A stretch of 64,000 bases of DNA from assembly GCA_019058315.1 (NCBI GenBank), contig JAHPZH010000002.1, forward strand, positions 192,001 to 256,000, in the 5' to 3' direction. Position 1 is the first letter of the stretch. Every line of letters begins with the position of its first letter. Of this stretch, positions 56,764-64,000 are shown in pieces. Made by a program: the position numbers and the translations under genes. This DNA comes from Candidatus Helarchaeota archaeon (GTDB lineage: Archaea > Asgardarchaeota > Lokiarchaeia > Helarchaeales > RDOG01). The notes under the pieces were generated by a model that was not told the origin of the DNA, did not search any database, and worked only from the letters and a program-made list of their open reading frames with translations.

Positions 56764-57852
56764 TTAAAAGATGGTATGTATCTTTTTTAAAGCGAATAAG
56801 ATTAATTTTATCGCATTTTCAACATCTTTCATTGATAGTAATTCAACTGGAGTGTGGAGGTATCTTGCGGGAATGCCGATGCTACCACAAGGGATTCCGC
56901 CTCTAGAAAGAGCTATACTTGTGACATCTGTGGTACCTCCTTGAAATATTTCTAATTGATAAGGAATATCATTTTTTTTAGCTACATCTACCAATAAACG
57001 AAATACTTTAGGGTGTACAACAAATCCACCTCCAAGACTCGCTCGGCGCCCACTAGCTATTGTAATTGTTGGTCCAGCTCCCATTTTAATATTTGAATGT
57101 TTTATAGAGGGATAATCACCAGCTGCGGCAACATCTAAAGCAAGACCGACATCTGGTTCTATTGAAAAAGCAGAAGTTTTAGCTCCTCTTAATCCAATCT
57201 CTTCCATTACAGTAAAAGCGCCAATTAAGTCACCATCGAATTGCGCTTGTTCCAATACGTTTATTAAAATATAAATACCAATGCGATTATCAAAGGCTTT
57301 TCCACTTACTCTATTGTTTGCAAGCTCTTTTAAAGGACTTTGCCAAATTACAGGGTTTCCAATACTAATTCCAAGATTCTCAACATCTTCACGGTTTGTA
57401 GCTCCTACATCAATAAAAATAGAATCCATTTCCAAAGGTTGTTTTCTTTCTTTTTCTGACTGTTGATGAATAGATTTAGTTCCTAAAATTCCTGGAATAG
57501 GTCCTTTTTCGGTTTGGATTATTACACTTTGGTTTACTATTGCTTGGGTATGAATGCCTCCTAAGGGTGCAAAATAGAGAAATCCATTTTCATCAATAAA
57601 TTTTATTAGCATCCCAATTTCGTCCATATGAGCTGCGATCATTACTTTTGGTTTTTTATTTGGACCGTATTTTGAACAAATAAGTGTGCCTAATGAATCG
57701 GTAGAAATTTCATCTACTACTGGACGTAGTCTTTCCTTCAGAAATTCCCTCATTTCATTTTCAAAGCCAGATGCTGCGTTAATTTCTAATAATTTTTTTA
57801 ATAATGAAGACAATTTTACCAACTCGAATATACTTAATTGAAATGAATTCAC
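56764..57852 (-). CDS. M42 family (TET-like) aminopeptidase
   Basis: SGFE, AAHMDEIG, GKAFDNR.G, TVMEEIGLRGA, GGTTD, RYLHTP.E. Confidence 0.93.
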   Translation of the reverse strand: MNSFQLSIFELVKLSSLLKKLLEINAASGFENEMREFLKERLRPVVDEISTDSLGTLICSKYGPNKKPKVMIAAHMDEIGMLIKFIDENGFLYFAPLGGIHTQAIVNQSVIIQTEKGPIPGILGTKSIHQQSEKERKQPLEMDSIFIDVGATNREDVENLGISIGNPVIWQSPLKELANNRVSGKAFDNRIGIYILINVLEQAQFDGDLIGAFTVMEEIGLRGAKTSAFSIEPDVGLALDVAAAGDYPSIKHSNIKMGAGPTITIASGRRASLGGGFVVHPKVFRLLVDVAKKNDIPYQLEIFQGGTTDVTSIALSRGGIPCGSIGIPARYLHTPVELLSMKDVENAIKLILFALKKIHTIF

Positions 57853-58008
57853 TTAATCTTAAAAATTTCTATTTGATTTTGTTTTTACATTAAAAAATTT
57901 CTATTTATGCATTTTAACTAAATAATAACAGTTGAAATAAAAATAGGAAAAAAAAATATAAAAAATAAGTTTCATTTGGTAACTTGAATTGTTTTAATTT
58001 ATCTCGTA

Positions 58009-58476
58009 ATGGAGCTCATAATAATGCCCGCAGAAGCAAATCTGGAATGGATTGATAATATTGGTTTTAAAATTCATATAGAAGGTTTCCCTGAAATGCT
58101 AACTGATGAACCAGTCGAATTTTATGGGGATAATCGCGGTCCTTCATCTGTAGAATATTTAATGGCGGCAATTGGAAGCTGTCAAGGTGTTTCATTTGCT
58201 TATTCAATTCAAAAATACAATGCGTTAATAGATAATCTCAAAGTAAATGTCTCCTGTGAACAACATCACATTGATAGAAAAGGAAATCTCAATAAACAAG
58301 AAGGAATTTTGAGAATTACAAAAGCATTCGTCAAATTTAAAATTAAACCTAAAAATAAGAGCGAAGAAAATTTGGAAAATATCGATATTGCATTTAGAGC
58401 TTATAAAAAATATTGTGTTGTATCAATGAGCATTATTAAAGCGCTTCCTATTGATATGTCATACGAGATAATTTAA
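58009..58476 (+). CDS. OsmC/Ohr-family protein
   Basis: DEP..F.G..RGPS..EYL.AAIGSC, KYCVV..SI; real start may be the ATG at 58024. Confidence 0.88.
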   Translation: MELIIMPAEANLEWIDNIGFKIHIEGFPEMLTDEPVEFYGDNRGPSSVEYLMAAIGSCQGVSFAYSIQKYNALIDNLKVNVSCEQHHIDRKGNLNKQEGILRITKAFVKFKIKPKNKSEENLENIDIAFRAYKKYCVVSMSIIKALPIDMSYEII

Positions 58477-58604
58477 GATAAGCGCAGATAAAAATAATGA
58501 GTTATTAAAAAAAGATGGTTTTGATTTTTTTAAACTGTCTATCACACGAATTACACATTAATTAATATATTAGTCTGGATTTAAGCTAATTATATAAAAA
58601 AGGG

Positions 58605-59054
58605 ATGAAAATGCCAACAAAAGCAACTTTAAAATGGACTAATAATTTGGGTTTTGAAGCATTAGTTAAAGATTTTGATAAAATAACAGTGGATGAACCA
58701 AAACAATTTCATGGAGATGATAGAGGACCTAGCAGCTTAGAATTCCTATGTGTGGGAATCGGAGGTTGTATGGGGACAAGTCTAGTCTATTGTCTTAAGA
58801 GATTTAAGGCTACATTTAGCGAATTACAAGTCGACGCTGCTGCAGAAATTCATCACGTTCCACCTAATAGAATGCTACGTGTAACCGCACTACATGTAGA
58901 TTTCCGCATTACCCCCGACCCAGCAACCCAAGATAATATCGATAATATCAATGAGTGTTATGAACATTTTGCTAAATATTGTGTTGTCACGCAGTCCGTT
59001 AAACAAGGAATACCTTTTGATATTAAACTAAAAATCAAAGATGGTACCCCCTAA
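58605..59054 (+). CDS. OsmC/Ohr-family protein (tandem paralog)
   Basis: DEPKQFHGDDRGPSSLEFL..GIGGC, KYCVVTQSV..GIP. Confidence 0.88.
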   Translation: MKMPTKATLKWTNNLGFEALVKDFDKITVDEPKQFHGDDRGPSSLEFLCVGIGGCMGTSLVYCLKRFKATFSELQVDAAAEIHHVPPNRMLRVTALHVDFRITPDPATQDNIDNINECYEHFAKYCVVTQSVKQGIPFDIKLKIKDGTP

Positions 59055-59252
59055 TTTTGTTCAAAATACAAATTATCTCTTCTTTTATTTAACGCGCACG
59101 AAGAATGAAATTTTTATGTTTTTTATGTTGATATGATCAAAACTTGATCAATCTCAAATCTCAATTTAATTAGTGCAAATTTCTTTTATGATTTGTATTT
59201 TAATCTAGTACAAAGTGGTGTATATTCCAATTAAATTTGGAGTAAAAAAAAT

Positions 59253-59519
59253 ATGGCTCAAATAGTTACTCAAAAAGGAAAATTAGTAACAGAACAAAAT
59301 ATGCAATTGGAGATACTAAAATTATCTCCTAGTATACAGGAAATATATTATATTTTAAAACAAAACGGGCCTCAAACACCCAAGGAAATATCAGCTCAAA
59401 CTTCTTATGCCCCCAGAACATTAAGATATGCCCTAAAGAAACTTTTAGAGTTGAATTTAATTAAAAAGGCACCTAATTTTGAGGACCTAAGACAGAACTT
59501 TTATAAAATTCTAGTTTAA
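59253..59519 (+). CDS. Small winged-helix DNA-binding protein
   Basis: L.PS...IY..L...GP.T.KEI.....Y.PRTLRYAL..L....LI...PN..D.RQ.FY. Confidence 0.85.
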   Translation: MAQIVTQKGKLVTEQNMQLEILKLSPSIQEIYYILKQNGPQTPKEISAQTSYAPRTLRYALKKLLELNLIKKAPNFEDLRQNFYKILV

Positions 59520-59622
59520 TCTAATTCAATTTTAATTTTTTTCTATATATTGAATTAAAAGTCTAATTTGATACTATAATTCTTATTTAAACCAGATTAT
59601 TAAATTCTAAACCTTATAAAAT

Positions 59623-61365
59623 TTAACGATGGGTAAAAAAACCGTGAATTTGAGGGGTTATTTTATCTATTTTTACAAATCCAAATCGCTCGAATTGTAA
59701 AATTTCTCCAATCTTAATATTTTCACAAAAAGGTTCTCCAAACCCTTCAGCTGTTTGTCCATCATCAAGAATAATCGATATTGGCACATTTTTTTTAGTG
59801 GGTACCCAATGTAAAATCTTAAATTTCTTATTTCTTGCTATTTCCATCTCTTTACTATGATATTTCGCTTGAATAGGAAATTTAATATTTAATATTTCTA
59901 TATTGAATAAATCTTTGAGTCGAATTAACATTCCTTCTTTTAATTTAGATAGATCTCTTTTAGAAATTAATAGATTTATATTACCATTTTCTTTTTGCAC
60001 TTCTATTTTTCTAGTGCCACGATCTGGAAAATCTGGTTGAATTAATGGTTTAGCGACTATTTTAGCATCGGGAACTTCCTTTATTACTAATTCAATTGGG
60101 TCATCTACAAAGAAATATCTGCTAGATGGTTTATCGATTATTTTCTTATTAAATGAATATAATATATCAGGGCTATACTGAATATCTGCTAAACTCATGC
60201 CCAAATCCAGAATTGCTTCCCTAAGGCTTTCTGGAAGAATACCGCGTTTAGCAAGAGAATTTAAACTCCAAGTTCTTGGATCATTCCAACCAATATATAC
60301 TCCACTCTCTATTTGTTGTCTGGAATAAGTTTTACTCAATTTCATTTTTTGGAAAGCGATTAGTCCATAATGAATGAACTGAATTTTTGGCCAATTAAAA
60401 AGTTTCCAGATATGAGATTCTATGATATCTTCTTTAATGAGATCTTTTCCTCGAAGAATGTGTGTGATACCGAGTAAATGGTCATCTATTCCCCAAGAAA
60501 ATTCTAACAAAGGCCATACCCTAAATTTTGTTCCAACTCTTGGATGCTCTCTTTCTGCAATTCGCATAATAACATGATCACGAAGTGCAGGATTTTTGAG
60601 TTCCATTCCTGTTTTAAGGCGAACAACAGCTTGTTTCTCTAAATAAGTACCATCAAGCATTTTTTCCCAGTGTTCGAGATTTTGTTCTATGCTTTGGTTT
60701 CTATGCGGACACGGTTTACCAATTTTCTGCCTTTTTCTTCCATATTTAGTTCTCCAAAGATCTGCATCGCATGTACAAACGTATGCTTCATGCATTTCAA
60801 GTAATTTCTTACAATAATTATAAAAATTAGATATTCGGTCTGATTTATAAAAAACCTTATCTATCTTTACTCCTAACCAGTCAAGGTTCTCCTTTATTAG
60901 ATCATAAGCCTCAGGAATGATAATTTTTGTTTCAGAACCAATTGTATCATCATAGACAAGAAATAATTTTCCATTATATCTTTTTTTATAAGTATCATTT
61001 AAAATAACCATTCGAGCGTTACCGATGTGTAATGGTCCGCTGGGATATGGTGCCAGTCTTAGAGTAACTTGTTTATCTTTTTCGATATTTTCAAGCGGTG
61101 GTAGCTCTCTTTTTTCCTCAATTTGAGAATCTTTTCTGAGTTCTATTGGGGAAAGTGCATTTAACTTTTTCTTTTGCTGATCTATTGAAAGTTTATTAAT
61201 TTGTGCTACAATTCCCTCAATTAATGGTTTTATCTCTCCTACCTTTTTTTTATAATCTTGATATTCAGATAAAAATCCCTTTATAACAAATTTTAAGTTA
61301 GTTTTTCCTGAATGCTTTAAAGCATTTTCTAAACCTATAATCCATATAGTTTTTTCAATATCCAA
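59623..61365 (-). CDS. gltX: Glutamyl-tRNA synthetase (archaeal)
   Basis: RLAPYPSGPLHIGNAR, AYVCTC, DDHLLGITHILRGKD, GW.DPR, QFERFGF. Confidence 0.96.
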   Translation of the reverse strand: MDIEKTIWIIGLENALKHSGKTNLKFVIKGFLSEYQDYKKKVGEIKPLIEGIVAQINKLSIDQQKKKLNALSPIELRKDSQIEEKRELPPLENIEKDKQVTLRLAPYPSGPLHIGNARMVILNDTYKKRYNGKLFLVYDDTIGSETKIIIPEAYDLIKENLDWLGVKIDKVFYKSDRISNFYNYCKKLLEMHEAYVCTCDADLWRTKYGRKRQKIGKPCPHRNQSIEQNLEHWEKMLDGTYLEKQAVVRLKTGMELKNPALRDHVIMRIAEREHPRVGTKFRVWPLLEFSWGIDDHLLGITHILRGKDLIKEDIIESHIWKLFNWPKIQFIHYGLIAFQKMKLSKTYSRQQIESGVYIGWNDPRTWSLNSLAKRGILPESLREAILDLGMSLADIQYSPDILYSFNKKIIDKPSSRYFFVDDPIELVIKEVPDAKIVAKPLIQPDFPDRGTRKIEVQKENGNINLLISKRDLSKLKEGMLIRLKDLFNIEILNIKFPIQAKYHSKEMEIARNKKFKILHWVPTKKNVPISIILDDGQTAEGFGEPFCENIKIGEILQFERFGFVKIDKITPQIHGFFTHR

Positions 61366-61446
61366 TAATCTATCCTCAAATTAACCTTATTAAGAAAGAG
61401 ATCAAAAATAAATTAAATGAAAAAGCAGGAATAATTATTAATTGGA

Positions 61447-62949
61447 CTAGTCTAGATTGGAACCACAATAAGTGCAAAATTTCCAAGCAGTGCTAATTTT
61501 TCTACCGCAGCCAGGACATATAACTTCTTTTACTTTTTTCTCTTCTTTTTCTTTAGGAACAACCTCTAGTATAATTTCTTCAGTCTCTTCTATTGTTGTT
61601 ACAAAAGGAGTAAAACTCACCTTTTTTTCCTCTATTTTTGGTGCACTTTTCATGAAATCAATCCAAGAACCACCAGTAGAACCTGATGAAGTAGATGGAG
61701 TTGAAGGTCTAGGGGTAGAAGTTGGCTCACCTAAAGTGAATGGAACAAATACAGGACTAGCTGTTGTTGGTTCAGACGATGCACTGGAAGTTGATGAAGC
61801 AGTACTAAAAGGAATAAAACTAGACGGAGTTTCTGGAACAGGAGGTTTCGTATCTAAAGGAGCAGGTTCTGGGCTGGGAGGTGTTGTGTCAATAGGTGGC
61901 GGACTCTCTATTGTCGGTGTAACATCAATTGGCTTAATCTGGGGGGGAGTTAAATCTATAGGTTCTGGACTGGGAGGTGAAATATCTATCGGTTTGAGAG
62001 TTGGTGGAGAGATATCAATAGGCTTTGCCATAGGAGGAGTCATTTCGATAGGCTTTGGCGTAGGGGGAGTCATTTCGATAGGCTTTGGCGTAGGGGGAGT
62101 CATCTCGATAGGCTTTGGCATAGGAGGAGTTATATCAACAGGCTGCGGTGGTAAAGTACTAAGATCTGTAGGTTCTGGGGTAGGTTCTTCTGTACCCTCT
62201 AATATTTTTAATGCTTCATCTAAACTTGGAGAGCCATCGAGACTTGGGGTGGTTGTTGCAGGAATTGTTGGAACTGTTGGAGGTTTAAAGGTTGGTGGTT
62301 CTGGGGTAGCAGATATAGTAGGCACTGTAGGTGGTGGCGAAATTGTAGGCACGGTAGGTGGTGGTGTGAATGTTGGAGCAATAGGGGTTGTAGGTGTTTC
62401 TACCTCTGCTGGAGCAGGTGCTGCTGCAATTGCTGGAACTTTTGCTTGAAGTAAAAGTGTACCTAATTGATGAAATAATGAATTGATATTTTGACCACTT
62501 TTAGCAGAAGCTTCAAAATAAGTAATTCCCATTTGTTGAGCAAGTCCTTGTGCTTCACTACTTTCAACTGCACGGTCAGGTAAATCTGATTTGTTACCAA
62601 TTAACATTAATGGGATCGCACCACAATTATCTGCGACTTCTTGAAACCATTTCGGGAGATTGTCGTAACTCTCACGATTAGTAAGATCGAAGATTGCAAG
62701 TGCTGCCATCGCTCCCTTATAATACAAGGGACGGATATATGAGAATCTTTCTTGCCCTCCAGTATCCCAAACTTGGAGTTTTACCTTATATCCTTCGATT
62801 TGAATCAATTTTATGGCGAAATCAACGCCAATTGTCATTTTATAGTGCTCTTCGAACCTTCCTTCAGCAAATCTGATGGTGATGGCCGTTTTCCCCACTG
62901 CACCGTCTCCTACTACAATGACTTTGAATAGATAATCATATTCACTCAT
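61447..62949 (-). CDS. Rab-like GTPase with long Pro/Thr-rich repeat tail and C-terminal zinc ribbon
   Basis: YDYLFK, GDGAVGKT, TIGVDF, KLQVWDTGGQERF, YYKGA, GNKSD, EASAK; CPGCG..CTYCG. Confidence 0.92.
   Translation of the reverse strand: MSEYDYLFKVIVVGDGAVGKTAITIRFAEGRFEEHYKMTIGVDFAIKLIQIEGYKVKLQVWDTGGQERFSYIRPLYYKGAMAALAIFDLTNRESYDNLPKWFQEVADNCGAIPLMLIGNKSDLPDRAVESSEAQGLAQQMGITYFEASAKSGQNINSLFHQLGTLLLQAKVPAIAAAPAPAEVETPTTPIAPTFTPPPTVPTISPPPTVPTISATPEPPTFKPPTVPTIPATTTPSLDGSPSLDEALKILEGTEEPTPEPTDLSTLPPQPVDITPPMPKPIEMTPPTPKPIEMTPPTPKPIEMTPPMAKPIDISPPTLKPIDISPPSPEPIDLTPPQIKPIDVTPTIESPPPIDTTPPSPEPAPLDTKPPVPETPSSFIPFSTASSTSSASSEPTTASPVFVPFTLGEPTSTPRPSTPSTSSGSTGGSWIDFMKSAPKIEEKKVSFTPFVTTIEETEEIILEVVPKEKEEKKVKEVICPGCGRKISTAWKFCTYCGSNLD
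61911..62150. repeat. 30-bp coding tandem repeat (about 8 units, PKPIEMTPPT-like) inside the Rab gene
   Basis: GGCTTTGGCGTAGGGGGAGTCATTTCGATA period 30; central units near-identical, flanking units diverged. Confidence 0.9.
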
Positions 62950-63346
62950 TTAGAAGCCTCAAAACTTTAATTCCGATTATTAGCTTAACTTATATGAAAA
63001 ATTTATATTCAGAATAATTACTTTATTCTTAAAACCTTATTTTTTTACTATTTTAATATAAATTCTTATTAATATACATTAATTCTATTTGGTATTATTT
63101 TTTTTTATTTATAAAAATAATTTTATCTAAATTAAAGTATGCTCATTTTTGAAAAGGAAGCATTGAATTTTAAGTTATAGCCTTCAAAGATCGGATTATT
63201 ACAGTAATTTTGAAATTAGAATAAGGATCATAAATTTTTAAAAATATTAAAATATTTACTATTTCTTATTTGATTGGAGTAAATCTAGAATCGTTAGAAT
63301 TGTTACATTAGCAAACAAATTAATTATTTAATAATAGGTGATTTAA

Positions 63347-64000
63347 ATTCAAGAAAATCCAATTTTAACCAATAAATTAAACGAAAGAATTGTTATGCTC
63401 GGAAATCAAGCCATAATACGAGGAGCATTAGAAGCGGGTGTTCAATTTGTATCCCAATATCCCGGAACACCACTTTCAGATATAGGAACTATGTGTACTG
63501 AATTATTACAATCTAAATCCCTTCCAGGTTTTTATTTTCAATGGGCCGCTAATGAAGCAGCATCAATTCAGGCTGCAGCTGGTGCTAGTTGGAGTGGTAT
63601 TCCTTCATTGGTCCCTGCTAAACATGTTGGAATAAATGTATTAGCTGATTCTCTATGTGTAATTGCTTTGAATGGACCAACTTCTTCGTATGGAGAAGGC
63701 GGCATAGTGATTATTGCAGGTGGAGACCCTGCATCCCTAGGAAGTCATTGTGAACAAAATGAACGATTTTATAGCTGGATGTTTCATTTAGTTCATATGG
63801 AACCAAGTGATGTGCGAGATTGTCTGGAATGGATTCCAGAGTTATATAAAATCTCTAAAGAATTTGATCTAATTGGATTTTTCCGGGTTACAAGTAGAGT
63901 TGCCCATACTCGTCAAGATGTAATATTAAAAAATCCTCTACCTCAATTTCAAGATAAGAAGGGTTTTTTTGAGAAAAATATTCCAAAATATTGTTCCCTC
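63347..64000 (+). CDS. iorA: Indolepyruvate:ferredoxin oxidoreductase alpha subunit-like (3' truncated by window edge; probable ATT start)
   Basis: MLGNQAIIRGALEAGV...YPGTP.SDI, W..NE, KHVGINV.AD, GGDP....S.CEQNER; missing from the ORF track. Confidence 0.85.
   Translation, partial: MQENPILTNKLNERIVMLGNQAIIRGALEAGVQFVSQYPGTPLSDIGTMCTELLQSKSLPGFYFQWAANEAASIQAAAGASWSGIPSLVPAKHVGINVLADSLCVIALNGPTSSYGEGGIVIIAGGDPASLGSHCEQNERFYSWMFHLVHMEPSDVRDCLEWIPELYKISKEFDLIGFFRVTSRVAHTRQDVILKNPLPQFQDKKGFFEKNIPKYCSL

Noticed and set aside
61911-62150. 30-bp repeats as a CRISPR array
   Set aside because: Contiguous, in-frame coding repeats with no unique spacers and no cas genes
61472-62449. 325-aa Gly-rich + strand ORF
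   Set aside because: Antisense shadow of the Pro-rich Rab tail (CCN codons read as GGN)
10009-62876. Remaining short track ORFs overlapping longer genes (e.g. 16498, 19941, 26105, 29326, 31182, 33970, 36093, 37601, 47657, 49740, 52753, 57281)
   Set aside because: Antisense or alternate-frame shadows of well-supported genes, with no motifs or start context

Overview
AT-rich (about 30% GC by eye) archaeal chromosome segment, very probably an Asgard archaeon of the Loki/Hel type: it has roadblock and longin-like domains, Rab- and Arf/Rag-like GTPases, many zinc-ribbon membrane proteins, H4MPT genes and frequent TTG starts. Most genes are housekeeping: Rio1-Dim2, serB, pdxST, ilvE, tpiA-fba-glpX, srp54, a methanopterin biosynthesis operon, a glycerol-3-phosphate dehydrogenase trio with an FGGY kinase, tmcA, mtxX, gltX and iorA. 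The most interesting signals are missed by the ORF track. (1) A 137-aa HesB/IscA-like selenoprotein with an in-frame TGA and a eukaryote-type SECIS, carrying an extra side hairpin, right after its stop. (2) Three tRNA genes with two BHB introns each; five of the six introns are at non-canonical D- or T-loop positions and four are exactly 32 nt. (3) A box C/D RNA locus whose two 12-nt guides both contain the complement of the 16S anti-SD region. (4) Two unannotated small basic ORFs, one eL39-like. (5) Two cases where a gene's last codons are duplicated with synonymous divergence on the far side of integrase-less cargo. (6) A methanopterin operon containing several uncharacterised enzymes that could fill missing pathway steps. 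No CRISPR array, rRNA, integrase or transposase was seen. All family assignments come from motif recognition, not database searches.
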